DNA from: Octopus vulgaris | Taxonomy: Eukaryota | Assembly: GCA_951406725.2 (NCBI GenBank) | Contig: OX597814.1 | Span: 13,516,001 to 13,580,000, forward strand | Direction: 5' to 3' | Length of the DNA stretch: 64,000 bases | Part shown: positions 41,201 through 55,010 of the stretch, in pieces | How the letters are laid out: the number at the start of each line of letters is the position of its first letter | Numbering within the stretch: the first letter of the stretch is position 1 | The notes under the pieces: model-generated | Databases searched by the model: none | Seen by the model: the letters and a program-made list of their open reading frames with translations, nothing else | Told to the model about the DNA's origin: nothing | Made by a program: the position numbers and the translations under genes

Positions 41201-43077
41201 TTATTTTAATTTTTACTTTTCTTGCGCTAACGTCACGATTGAGTTCCGCAATATCTCACTTGCGAAATTAAACGTGGATCTCGAAAGATGAGATGCTTTT
41301 GGATGCTTTTCGCATTCACAAAAATGATTTTTAGCTGTGGTGGTTTCCTCCCAAATTGCAATATATAAAATGGTGACAGCACACACTGACATGCATTTAA
41401 TCATTTATAATCCATATTAAATGAAGACAACGTGGAAGATCTGTTGATATCGTTGCAAAATCAGTTGATATCATGGCAGAAAATATAAAGTTGATCACAT
41501 AGAGACAAGTAAAAAATGGAATGATGACGCCGGATAATACAAAGAAGTAAGATATTTGAAGATTTTACTCATAAGCTAGTGAAGAATGTCTCAATAATGA
41601 ATATTTGAGACTGGAAAAGAAGGACAGGAACAAGAAGAAGCAAGGTATTGATGGGATGTGAAAATTTAAACTTCAAAACAATTACTGCTAGTTATATATA
41701 AATTGCAGTTTCCACTCTCCGATTATTGACACGAATAGTATATAAAAAAATTTAGATAATTTAATATTTGCATTTTTATTTTACTCTTCTTACTCTACTT
41801 TATTCTATTCTAATGAAGACACGTTACTTATATATTTTTGATTATTCAGTCGTAATATATGTGGAAAGGAATATGAAAAAATGCCATTAGCAGCATCATA
41901 TAAATGAGTCCAGATTGATAAGTTAATTTTTTGAGTGCTATACCTACGTAATTTGAATGTCAATAATTGCAGTTTTCGTTTTTGGATGGTCCTTTATTGA
42001 AATGGATTTCATCAAAGACGTCTGTTCAGGAATTAGCTGCAAACAGAGAACATGGTCCGATGCGTTTTTCCATTTCAGATGAAGAAAGAAAAATGATAGA
42101 TTTCGATAATATTTCAGTGATATACAAAAATTGAGGCAGGTGTCATTATCACACCTCGAAACAAACTGGTGAAAAAAGACCAGGTACGACAATAACATGT
42201 GTGAACATGCCCATGCGAAAGAATACCCAGGTGTGTAGTGTGTCGAGTAAGCCAAGAGATAAACTGAAGAATTTGGAACGCAGTCTCTGGAATCAGGCAC
42301 ACAAAGTAACGGTTCTGAAACACAATAACGGCATAAATAGACATAGCGTGTAATATAGGAGGGAGAATAACTGACGTTGGCTGGAAATCAAGCAGGAGAA
42401 AAGCTTGTGCTTTTCCAACATCCTAAACTTAAAACAACGGGGTCTCGATAGATAATAGTAGTTAAGATCGTATCCACGCATTGCACTGGCACAGCTGTGA
42501 GTTAGATTTCGGAAGTTACACGCATAATAGAAATTAGCCCAAGCCTTAAAAGAAAACGGAAATGGAATAGTAACACCCCTCACTTCTACAGGCAACCTCA
42601 CGACTAAAGACGGTAAAACGAAACAAATATCAGAGACAGGATACAGTCTTATATACAAAACCACACACATACACACACAAAACACATACGTATGAAAACA
42701 AATGCGACGAACATGACTGAAAAGCAAAAGCATGCGGAGATATTAATACTTACAACAGAATAGGACAACAACAAAGAGAAGTGGAAACATACACAAGAAC
42801 ACATAGTCATTGAAGAAACACAATCTTCATGACAAAAGAACTGTGACTGATAGCTAATAATAATGGTTTCTAATTTTGGCAGCATGTCGTGCGCGGAAGG
42901 GGATAGGTCGGTTAAAACGTAACCAACGTCCAACTGGTACCTAGTTTTAGACACCATAGAGTTCAAAGGCAAAATTGATTTCCGCCGATTTCGACTTTAT
43001 TAATAATATTACTAAAGGTAATGCTTTGAAAAAATATATAGTGCATGTGTTTATCGGAAAAATGACCGAACCCAATC

Positions 43078-43109
<32 letters not shown>

Positions 43110-43115
<6 letters not shown>

Positions 43116-43336
43116 GTATTTCAAAATAGAAAATTACCCTGTAACAGGTAATTTTTACATGCTAGAAATAGCAGCAAACACGGCCAAAAACCACAATTTT
43201 ATAGCAAATTTCGAAGTACATGAAAAATAAAAACCTTTACCTTGTTATATAACGGTTTCTGGCCGTGTTGGCTGCTATTTCTAGCATGTAAAAATTACCT
43301 GTTACAGGGTAATTTTCTATTTTGAAATACGAATAT
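43110..43336. repeat. ~80-bp inverted repeat abutting (TA)n
   Basis: ATATTCGTATTTCAAAATAGAAAATTACCCTGTAACAGG... versus ...CCTGTTACAGGGTAATTTTCTATTTTGAAATACGAATAT. Confidence 0.92.
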
Positions 43337-43430
43337 GTTGAATATTGACTTTTTATACATGCTAGGCCAATGGTGGTGATATTTGTAACGAGTATTCGCC
43401 ACCCTATATATATATATATATATACATATA

Positions 43431-43506
<76 letters not shown>

Positions 43507-44974
43507 GGTATATGATGCACACATACACACACACATATATACACATATAAAGATAGAGAGAGAGGGCATTATACTACGAAATCAAGGAATCTCTCTTTCA
43601 TATTATACGAGATTAGTATGTCGTATTTTTAAAGTGAAATTTAAATAAAATTAAAAATTTACGTTGAAGGCATTTACACAAAATTTTCAGCGATCTATAA
43701 CAATTGAGGTTTCATAAGTATTAACGTTACAGATCGATATCAAAATTTAAAATATATCAAACATTATGAGCTACAAGAACTATATTAAGGATAGCTGATA
43801 ACAAATATAACAAAAGATAAGAACTTAATGTTTTTGATGTATTTTTAAATGTATTTTCAAGTCACCAGAATTATAATAGTTAACGAAGTCTAGTTTTTAC
43901 ATCCACCAAAATTCACACTGTGTCAAAATGTAAAATAGGAGAAAAAGTACTACAAAATGAACTTCTTTTTATAAAAACTGTAATGCTCATATACATTTCT
44001 CATATCATTTTATTCTATCAATACACGAAATATCATAACTTTAATGATTTGCATTGTGATAAGAAAATTATATTAGATTAAGAATATATGCACTGTTAAC
44101 ATCTCAAACTAATTTACAAAAATCAATTGTAAAAATGTGGAACTGAGATCAAATACATACGTAATAATTCTGTCAGGGGAACTGTTTGAACACGAAATAT
44201 TATTTTGAAAAATATATTTTCTTCCTTCGAAACGCAACACATTTTCTTCTGATACGTGTAAAGTTGTATTTTTTTTTACGTTTGCAAGTCATTATTTAAC
44301 GAATTGTAATATGTAGTAGGAAATAAGAAAGAATCAACTAACTGAATAAACAATTATATATAAAGCAAAAATCTATATAACAATAAGTATAAAGCCATAA
44401 ACGCTTCATAAGCAACGATTAGAATTTCTTGCTGTGAGACTGAGTTTAACAGACAATTATATTCTTCGCAAACGCTGTATCTTATGCACGTATATAATTA
44501 GTAATTATTATAACAATTTTGAAGAATAGATAATAACTGAATGAATGGTATAAAATTAGCCGTTTCTAAAAATTATTTGTGCAGGTATGAAACTTTGGAT
44601 GATATATCAATGTTTCTGCGTGTCTAGATTTGTTTCTGTCCGATCGTGCACACGAAAAAATACCCACTAACACAAAAATATATTTATATATGAGTTAATT
44701 CTTTTACTGATAAATACATGTTCATTTTTGCTGAATGTCTATATGTATACATACAGATACACAATCACAGACACACACGCACACAATAACACACACATAT
44801 ATACGCAGTCGCAGCCAAATGACTGGAATAACTAAAATAATAAAAGAAAATAATACACACACATATATATATACATACTGTCAGGAAGATACATAGATAC
44901 ATACATACATACATACATACATACAGACATACACAGACATATATTTATATGTCACTGTGTGTATCCAAAAATAG

Positions 44975-45074
44975 NNNNNNNNNNNNNNNNNNNNNNNNNN
45001 NNNNNNNNNNNNNNNNNNNNNNNNNNNNNNNNNNNNNNNNNNNNNNNNNNNNNNNNNNNNNNNNNNNNNNNNNN
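44975..45074. other. Assembly gap (100 N)
   Basis: Directly visible. Confidence 1.
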
Positions 45075-45510
45075 ACTCAAACTATAAACTTTTGGCACTT
45101 GGAATGCGGGGCTCGAGTGGCTATCATTTCACCTTTCATTGTTTTCCCTTTTCATCGTTTTGCATCCGGTATTTTCCTGGTTTGGTGTTTTTATCTGTAC
45201 TTGTATTGCTAAGAGTTGGTGTCGTTATTTACAGGGAGAGTTGTTTCTTTGCTTGCTATCTTACGGTTGTTGAACTGTTGAGCAATGTAATTGTGTTTGT
45301 AATTAATCCAGCATTGTTTTACTGCTTTGCAGATGTCTTGTTATCGTTTTCCCTTTGTTTGGGTTGAGAAATACTTGTTAGCAAAAACGGATTTTAATTA
45401 TAAAACTTTGAGGCTTTCTGATTCATCAGAAAGTGAAATCGTGGTTTATATGGTTAATAAGGAGAAGACGTGTCAAGAGAAATGGAGACAAAAAAAAAAC
45501 GAAATACGTG

Positions 45511-45561
<51 letters not shown>

Positions 45562-48500
45562 CGACTGAGACAGGCGATATGGAGGATGATATAACGTCGA
45601 AGGTGCAGGACGTAAAAGAGTATGCAGGCATGATGAAGAATGAGGTGTATGTAGTTGAAGTGACTTTTACTAGTGAAGTGTAAGAAGATGTGCCGGCAAA
45701 AATGGTGACGTTGAAGTCATATTTAATAAAAGGGAAACGTTTAAAAAATGCTTAAGACCCAACTGGCCGGAATTCAAAGAAAGTATAACAATCCTCTATG
45801 CAACATGAAAACCAACACAGAACTGGCTGGAGCATAAAATGAAAATTATTGTTCAGGCTGCCCGGAGGTTCTAGATAGTATCGCAGACACTATCACAACC
45901 CTAGCTGTTTCAAGTGTGACCAGAAGGGCCACATAAGAGCAGAATGCACTCCACCTCCCGTAAAAGCATCAGTGATCTCATCAGTGGTGAAAAAATCACG
46001 TATCTGCCGCCTGGAATCACAAAGGCGGAGGAAAAGAAGACAAGCGACGAATCAAAAGGGAATGAATGGTTGACGGTTGCCAAGAGGCAGAGGAAAAAGA
46101 AGAACCACGCCACTGATATTAGCCCCAACCTACCTCCAACCTTCCTCACCCTACCCCACTCTAGGCCAACTTACCCTGTAGACACCACCTCTCGTCCTTC
46201 CCAACCAGTCACTGACAGTAATATATAATATACAAACATACATACAGAAGCATCAAACCTCCCATACCCCCTCAGAAAACGGCATTCGTATTTATGTACG
46301 ATATATAGGCAGAGATAGAAAAATGATAATAAACTATGAGGGCAATAATGAACGTGATCACGCCTGTCGGGGATTTTTGCCCACATATGAGGTGTGTACT
46401 CATCGATGGGGAAAACCACTGTGTATTGAAAGACGCGTGAGACGGACGTTGGACCTCTGTGTGTGGAATAGTGATTGATTCGCTGTCTCCAGGTATTGAC
46501 TACACGGTTGAAGAAACTTGAGATTGTGCGTTGACTCTTTTCTCTCAAGAATATTTAGAAAACACGAGAAAAAGAAACTCAAACTATATACGTATCTTTT
46601 CTGAAAAGAGAGAGTTCAGTGAGGCCACATGGGATGTGAGGCTCGAGTGGCTGTAATTTCATCTTCCATATTTTACTAATTTAATCGTTTTTCATTCTAT
46701 TTTTGTCTGTCTTTGTAGTGTCCCCTCTGTATTTCGGCACTGTATGTTCCCTCTGTATTTCGGTCAGTAAGGAATGAATTGGAAATCCATTCGCCAAGCG
46801 TTCGTGTCGTTTGTTTGTTATATTACGGTTATTGAATTGTTGAATATTGTTATTGTGTGTGTTAAATACACCATTGTTTTATTGCCTTGAGGCGGTCTTG
46901 TTATTGTTTTCCCATTGGTTAAGGCAGGAAACGATTTTGGTGTAGCATGAACACTGGTTGTGAAAGATTAAGACTTTGGGACGTGGATTCGTCGGAGAGT
47001 GAATAAATGGACTTCGTGGATAACATAGAAGAGGAGCTGTCAAGAGCAAAAAGGATAATGAATGTCAATAAAAGGAAAAGTATCAAAAGATTTGCCTTTG
47101 CGTCATTCGCTTCAGGAGAGGAGACTAAGTGTGAAATGCAGGATTTAATGAAGTACAAGGACCTGTTGAAAAAAGAGGGTTAAGAAATTTTGCTGAACCC
47201 TCCTAGCAGAGTTACGAAGGATACGTTGACGAAAATGGTAATATTTAAAACGTTTCTTGTCGAAGAGAAAAAAAATTGATGTGGCAACAAGTGTTGAAAT
47301 CGAAAAGTGCTTTGAACACATCCAGTCGTAAATTACGTACCTGGCCATGGGTTACAAATATTCTTCAGTGGTAGTACGGTTTAAATAGGGAGGAGATGGC
47401 CAAGCAACACTCCGTGGCCTTCCTGAATAGAGATTAAGTGATTCTACTACCATCATATCTTGCAAGGCGAACTTTTAGGTTAAGGTTGAAGAAATCTCAC
47501 AAAAGGTGGAAGTCGGGGGGAGGGTAGAGCCGATAACATTAGGCTTGGAGGAGAGGGTAACAATCCTCCAAGCATCAAGGATACCAATGTAAAACTGGCT
47601 AGGGCAGGGGTTGCAGATGATCAGTTTGCAGCTAGTGCTAGAGGGCAGGAAGCCTCGATGCTTCAAATGTGGCCAGAAAGGCTACATAAGGGCAGAACGC
47701 AAAAGCACCCGTGGTACCTCCAGTGGTGAAGGAAACCGCAATTCCACCTCATACAGTGACAAACACAGAGACAGAGGAGAAATGTGATGAGAAAGAGATA
47801 AAGGCATCAGAGGAGAACAAATCGACCAACATCTCCAAGCGAGACGGAAGAAAGATACTAGCCACCCCCACAGACATCGTGCCTCGGCCCGCCCCATCAT
47901 ATACTTACCCAGAACTAGCACTCACACAGATACACTTACAAAAGCACAGGAGCCTAAAATCCATCAAAGCCCTCCCCGCCTAAAGGCATTTGTATTGTCA
48001 TGCGAGGCAAGGAAAGCAGCGCTAGCGAAAAAGCGAGAATAATTAAAATCGATCATAAGTGTGAACGTACCGTCAGAGTGCTTCTCTTTATATGAGATAT
48101 GCGCTCATTGATAGGGAGAGCCACCGTGAATTTAAAGAGACATTTGTGTCAGACGTTGGATCCTTGGGAGTGGAGGTGGTGATTGATTCGCTTCCTCAAG
48201 TTCTAGACCAGAGGGACTTGGACACACTTGTTATCGTGGAGTAACCGGTTTTAAGTTTTAAAGGGCAAAACAGAGAGGGAGAGGAAAGAAAAGAAAGAAA
48301 AATGAAATGATACTCAATCTGTAAACATTTGTTTAGAAAGGAAACAACAGAGGTTCAATGAGCTTGGGATCTGAGGTTCGACTAGCCCTCATTCCGTCAT
48401 TTCATTTTTTCACATTCAATCGTATTTTTTATTTGTGTTATCTTGTCTGTCGTTGTGGTGTCAAGTCTGTGTTTCGGACTTAATGCTTCATAAAGAGCAA

Positions 48501-50220
48501 ATTCGAAACTTGTCCGCTTGGAGTTTGTGTGGTTATTTACGGTCAGTGTCGCCTGTTTGCCAGTTATATTACGGTTGCTGAATTGTTGAATATTGTTATT
48601 GTTTTGTGGCCTTGCAGCTGTTCTGATATCGTATCCCTTTGTTTGAAGGGGGAAGCATAATATGAATATGAATACTAGTTCTGAAAGATTGTGACGTGGA
48701 TTCCTCGGAGAGTAAATTAATGGAATTCATGGATAATATAGAAGAAGAAACTGTCAGAAGCAAAGGGGAAAACGAATGTCACTAAAAAAGGAAGAGTATC
48801 AAAACATCTGCGTTTGCGGCCTACGCGTCGGGAGGGGAGATAAAATGTGCAATACAGGCTTCAAATGAAGTACGAGGACCTGCTAAAAAAGGAGAGTTAG
48901 GAAATTTAACAGTCCCCTCTTAGCAGAGTTACTCAAGATACGTTGACGAAAACGGTAATCTTTAAAGCGTTTGTAGTCACAGAGGGAAAATAGATGTGGC
49001 TACAAGGGTTGAAATAAAAAAAAAGTGCTTTGAACACATCAAGGCGTAAGTTACGTTCCTGCCTAGGGGTAATACATTTCCTTCGGTAAGTGCGGTTTCA
49101 AAATGGACAAAGGGATTCTACTACCATCATATCTTGGAAGGCGAACTTCCAGGGTAAGGGTCGAAGCAATCCCAGCAGAGATGGATGTTGGCGGATGGCA
49201 GAGGCGATAACATCAGGATTGGAGGACTGGATAACAATCGTCCAAGCATCAAGAATATCAAAGCAAAACTGGCTGGGACAAGAGCTGGAGATGATCCTCC
49301 AGGCTGCCCTGGGGGACATAGAAAGTACTGTGGACACTATTTTGGTGGGTGAGAAGATGATCGAGGCTAGTGACGGAGGGCAGGAAGCCTCGATGCTTCA
49401 AGTGTGGCCAGAAAGGCCACATAAGGACAGAAATTTCCACCGCCTCCCACAAAAGCTCCGGTGGTTTCTCCAGTGGGGAAAGAAGGACACCGCACTTCCA
49501 GCTTATACGGTGACAGACGCAGAGACATAGGAGAAATATGATGAGAAAGAGAAAGCGCCACCAAAGGAGAACGAATGGACCACCGTCTCCAAGAGGAAGA
49601 AGAAAAAAAAAAGGGAGGACTAACCATTCAACAGATATTACCACCCACCCTTCTCCCACAGACACCATACCTCGTCCAGCTCCACACTGACTCAGAAATT
49701 GCTCACATAGATACACTTACAAACACACAGGAGCCGTAAACCTCACAAACCCCTTCCCCGAACAAAAAATACTTTATATTTTGTTATGCGAGGCAATGTA
49801 AGCAGGGATTTTTCGCCACATATGAAAAGTGTACTCATCGACGGGGAAAGTCATCATGTGTTAAGAGAAACACGTGAGTCGAACGTTGGACCTTTGGGAC
49901 AGGAAGTTGTTGATTGCTTGATTGTCTCCATCGCTGACTACACTATGTGAAACAAATTTGATATAATGTATTAACTGTTTTCCTTTAAAAAATGTTTTTT
50001 AAAAGAGAAAGATGATAAAAAGAGACTCAAGGATATAATCGTATTTCAAAAAAAAATTCAATGAGACCAATTTTATGTGGGATTCGAGTAGCTGTCATTT
50101 CACCTTTCATTTTCTTACATTTTATCGTTTTTCATTCGTTTCCCCCATATGTGTTGTCGTCAGCCTTTGTATTGTTCCGTTTATGTTTCAACCATGTGTG
50201 TCAATAAAAAGTCAATTCGT
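45075..50220 (+). mobile_element. Head-to-tail array of three diverged ORF1-only CCHC elements
   Basis: Junction motif ACTCAA...G(G/T)(C/T)TCGA(G/C)T(G/A)GC...CATTT recurs at ~45075, 46575, 48312 and 50024. Knuckles CFKCDQKGHIRAEC (~45906), GRKPRCFKCGQKGYIRAE (~47644), CFKCGQKGHIRTE (~49394). No RT; AATAAA near 50203. Confidence 0.8.
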
Positions 50221-50237
50221 AATTTGGAAGCATCAGG

Positions 50238-50870
50238 TATGACCGATTGTCAGCAGCGCGGAGAGAATAAACTATCGGTCGATTGCAAGTAGGGTAGTGT
50301 ACCTTGGTTGTTGCGAAAGCTTACAATGTCCATGTGAGCACCATTTATCACCTGCAACAGCGATACAACACTAAGAGCACTGCAGACCATGACTGCACCG
50401 GGCGCCCCCGTGTGATCATGCACAGGCAGGACCGCTTCATCCACCTGCAACACCTCCGTGATCGCTTCAGACCGGTCAGCGTGACAGCTTGCGGGACCAG
50501 TGGAACTGGACGGCGTCCCATTATTGACGACACGGTACGATGTCGACTAGTCGCCAAACAACCTGCAATTCTGTCGTTCTCCTCGAAGACCTGTTCTCAC
50601 CTTTGCCACTGTAAGGCTACACAGCACCGGCAGTGGGCTACACAGCACCGGCATTGGCGGCATCAACAATGTAGGTCGATAGTCTTCTCTGACGGGAGCC
50701 GGTATTGCGTTTCCACTTCGGATGGGAGAGAGAGGGTTTGGCGTAGGAGGAGTGAACGCTACAAAGGCGAATGTATCATGGAGAGAGACCCGTGGGATAA
50801 CAAAAGCATCATGGTAGCGGTGCTCCCTCCCACACGGCCAGGGTCACCATGGATTTCCTGTGTCAGCACA
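50238..50870 (+). mobile_element. Tc1-family transposase remnant (HTH and first D)
   Basis: VAKAYNVHVSTIYHL, GRPRV...RQDRFIHLQHLRDRFR, IVFSDGSRY...DGRERVWRRRSERY. Confidence 0.9.
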
Positions 50871-50919
50871 ACGTCAGAAAAATGCACATTTGGAGTTTAA
50901 TACATTCATTGCAATATCT

Positions 50920-52015
50920 GTAGAAAATTGGGTCAGGAGTTCCATATTTTTTGTGTGGTTGATATTTGGCCCTTAACGTTTGAGGTCGGCAACATCGGAA
51001 ACATTGGAGATGCTTCTGGCTCCATTTTGTTAGCCACCCTAGTTTAAGAGCAGATATGACTGCGGATTTAATGAGAGGACGAAGGACGGTATTGCTAGGT
51101 AATCGCCTTGAGTGATATCTATTCAATCGTGAATGCTATGAGTGTCGAATTGGTACTTATTCCTCATAAAAGGGTTAATTGCAGTAAAGTTATCAGTCGT
51201 TCAATACCTGTTACTAGAGGTTGTAGGAATTTGACGGATTATAAAGCCTCGATAATCCATCGATGTGTTCTATTATCAAAAACCCTCTGGTCGTTTTTAA
51301 TTTGTTTTCCGGAATCATTTCGTTCATTAATAGCTGTTGTATACAACCCTTGGTCTCTGAGCCGTTACAATGTTGATTGCACAATGAGTCAGCAACGATA
51401 ATTTGGATAATTTGTACTTGATGTTCTGTCAGGTTCTCGGTCAGTAATTTCTTGAAAATGTGGTTTGGCTACTTCTGGAGATGAGGAAATTATTTACGGT
51501 TGATAACTATGGATAACTATTTCTTGTGTGCCTTTCCCACTTTCTACACTTAATCACATGATATATCACTGATAAAGGGTAAAATTCTGCAGCCAGTACT
51601 GCCTGAGGTCAGTCCAAGATATTCCATGTATGACATCTTTTTCCGAAGTGTTTTCAGTAATTCGTAGCCTATTTCATTTTGTCTTTACTGTCATTCTCGC
51701 ATTAATCATGTCGCAGTTATTTTAGTCATACATATAATTTGTTGAATTCATCATTAGATTTCTGTACAGATCGCCAGTAACACTGAATTTGACTTCTGAG
51801 TGAGTATCTTTACAGAGATTGCACCTTTCACATTGAAGCTGCGAAAGACTGCTCTGGTATCGCTGGCAAATAATTAATGGCGAATATGATGTAGATTTAT
51901 ATTTTAGTTTTTCAAATCTAGGTGAGAGTTGTTTAAGCAGCTGCATTTTGGAGTTTAGAATTTGGGGATCCTAGTTTCTTTTTGAGATACTTCTGATGTG
52001 TAGAGTGGTTCTCTA
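50920..52015 (-). mobile_element. Degenerate Penelope-like (or other RT) element
   Basis: Weak minus-strand similarity to Penelope pre-RT regions (FKKLLTENLTEHQ..I). Confidence 0.4.
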
Positions 52016-52204
52016 TGTTACATTTTACAACTAAAACGATCAGTGAGATATTTATCCGCCAGAATATAATATTCTTTTGGAGCTAGGTACTGATGCTGGT
52101 TCAGGCTTTCATCTTGATTGCGTGCCTTTGTGTCATTGTGATAAGCTTGTGAAGTATCTATGAGCGTATGCGTGTATGTATGTGTATAGGAATACACACA
52201 CATG

Positions 52205-52241
<37 letters not shown>

Positions 52242-52402
52242 GCGCACATATATATATACATATATATATATTTATAATAGATTGATAGATAGACAGATAG
52301 ATAGATAGATATATAGATAGATGGATGGATAGGTAGGTAGATTGATAGATAGATAGACAAACAGATAGATAGACACATGCATATGTAAATATATTCACAC
52401 AC

Positions 52403-52600
52403 ACGGTGCCAAGAAATTCCTGGGTTTGACTAAAAGAAAATAAAAGAGGATCAGTTAATTATGATTATATTCAACATATTCACCACTCAGATTCACAAAC
52501 GTATTGTAGCGGTCCTGTACTTTTTCTAAATCCTGTAAAATTAATTATCTGATGTTTGGGTATCCAATCAGGCCGTTCGCTATACCCTTAAAACCCTGCC
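52403..52600 (-). mobile_element. mariner 3' end and TIR fragment
   Basis: Reverse strand resembles the ...KLQDRC.KCV.L.GEYVE* terminus, followed by a TIR-like sequence. Confidence 0.65.
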
Positions 52601-52636
52601 CTCTCGTGTGCACGAACGTCTGTATGCATGTGTGTA

Positions 52637-52704
<68 letters not shown>

Positions 52705-53279
52705 CGCGTGTGTGTGTTTGTGCATGTGTGCGTGTGTATGTGCCTGGATGCGTCCGTATCTATGGGACGTAATCCATTACTTCTGAAACCTAGTAGAGTG
52801 AATCGTATGCAATTATTTTTTTTTTCTATTTCGACTGTGATCTTCTCAATTGTCTGCGTATATAACAGAAAAAACGTGTTCCATTTGGTAGGTAGAGGAT
52901 GACAAATTTTGCAGACATGTTTGTAGTGTAGGTGTTATGAATATCTTTGTCATTAAACTGAATTAATAGAATATTTATTAACAAAATATGAGCAACCACC
53001 ATAACGTCACGGTTAAACGGCCAAGTCATAAAGGGAAATGAATTGACAAATAGTGCGGTAAATATTAAGCGGAATGATTTCATTATATGTATTTATTTTA
53101 ATCACTAAAATTTCCCAAGACAATTCATTGTTGATATATTTTGATATTAATATCAACTGGCGTATTTTACTTGTATTTGAATATATTTTCAAAACGAAAG
53201 GAATCGGTTTCAATAACAAAGCATGTATGCGAGTGATTAATATATTATCTCGTCTCGTTAACAATAAATGCGCCTGTCA

Positions 53280-53515
53280 AAGGCGGCGAGCTGGCAGAAA
53301 CGTTAGCACGTCGGACGAAATGCGTAGCCGTATTTCGTCTGCCGTTACGTTCTGAGTTCAAATTCCGCCGAGGTCGACCTTGCCTTTCATCATTTCGGGG
53401 TCAATAAATTAAGTCCCAGTTACGCACTGGGATCGATGTACACGATTTAATCCGTTTGTCTGTCCTTGTTTGTCCCCTCTGTGTTTAGCCCCTTGTGGGT
53501 AGTAAAGAAACATAT
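53280..53515 (+). mobile_element. Full-length Meta-core-like SINE with 13-bp TSD
   Basis: TSD AATGCGCCTGTCA at 53267-53279 and 53516-53528. Confidence 0.93.
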
Positions 53516-54769
53516 AATGCGCCTGTCAGCACGTTATGAGTTTATATGAGGTTATTATGAATATCAACATAGGATCACTTTACAATTCAGGGCAGTTTGA
53601 ATTTCAACTTCCCATAGTCAACAACTACATCCCCACCAAAAATCGATGGGCTACGTACTGTACAATTATGGCATCTTGCGAAACACTAGGTAATACGGAC
53701 TAGGTGGTATACAATGTGTCATTTGATCACATTCGTTTTCGTGTCATATTGATACATGAACTTTTGGCTATGTATTTCTTTAATCCTGCCTTACGTAATT
53801 TACATGAGATGACAAAAAAAAAGGAAAATATTTCTTACTCCATCACAGATAATGTTGTATCAAAAATGATACACCGATAATTGTCTCTAATGTGTTGGTG
53901 AAATTTGTAATATATTTAATTTTTAAACTAGGGCGCTTTGTGCAGCTGACCAATCTTGACCCAATCTTGTCATAATTTGATGTGATCCGAGCGGAGAAAC
54001 TTAATACTAAGATTTACATCATAATTGACTGTAGTGATTTTGACACATTTTACACTGCTTATCCTTGAAATAAATAAAGTTTGCTTCAAAATCACAGTTT
54101 ATAATGCATATATATATACTCGACTGTCGGTTAATCTTCCATTATGATAATATTGATGAGAATATAAGAAAACGTGCAGCTTTAAAGATATACGCTTTTC
54201 CTATCTGAGAGTGTTCTGATATTTTTTCTTTATTTATTTAAATCTTTTCCATTGTTATTTGAATCAACACAAACAGAAAATATATATTTATTGTAATGCT
54301 TTATTGCGTTTTGTAGCTTCTATTCTGCGTCTGAATGTTCTGTTTAATTTTTGGGGTGGTGTGAAGGAATTCGAATAAATGTAACTTATTTTGGGACGAA
54401 TGGCCATAGACTGCCTAATTTATCTCAGGAGTTAATATATTATTTGAAATAGCACGGCCCAAACTTCCGCTAAACTTGGATTTCGAAATCGTACAAATCA
54501 ACATAGGTGACAAATGAAATGTATCTTGTCTGCAATATATTCATTATGTCCAGAACAGATTTTCCTAGCTGAACTACTTGTGCATGAGTGAAACTTATAT
54601 GCAGCGCAGCTGGTCATCCTAGAAAGGGTAGATAAATTTGTATTCATGGTGAACAAACATTTGAATAATTTATTACTTATTTGAATAGCATGTTAAAACT
54701 TATAGGATTGAACTGCGATAATAGTGAATAAGTAGTTAGCGTTTAATTATTTTTCTTATTTCTTATTTC

Positions 54770-55010
54770 TTTACTTATTACTTTACAGCCCACAAGGGAC
54801 TTAAAATCAATCTCGGCAGAATGTGGGCTGAAAGTGTAAAGAGAGACGAAATGCCTCTAAGCATTTTGCCCGGCGTACTTACGATTCAGCCACCTCGACG
54901 CCTTAAGGTAAAGTCGACCTCGGCAGAATTTGAACTCACAACGTAGCGGTAGACGAAATATCGCTAAGCATTTCGCCCGGCCTGCTAAAGATTCTGCCAG
55001 CTCGCAGCCT
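54770..55010 (-). mobile_element. Two adjacent fragments of the Meta-core-like SINE
   Basis: Reverse complements of the 53280 head. Confidence 0.75.

Noticed and set aside
41944-42972. Overlapping minus-strand ORFs of 76-146 aa with plausible splice signals
   Set aside because: No recognisable domain in any frame; cannot be supported as coding.
52826-54070. Minus-strand Ig/FN3/TM reading (LTVTLWWLLIF, DFGGDVVVDY)
   Set aside because: The competing + strand reading gives more and better-ordered motifs consistent with the neighbouring copies; alignment is needed to settle it formally.
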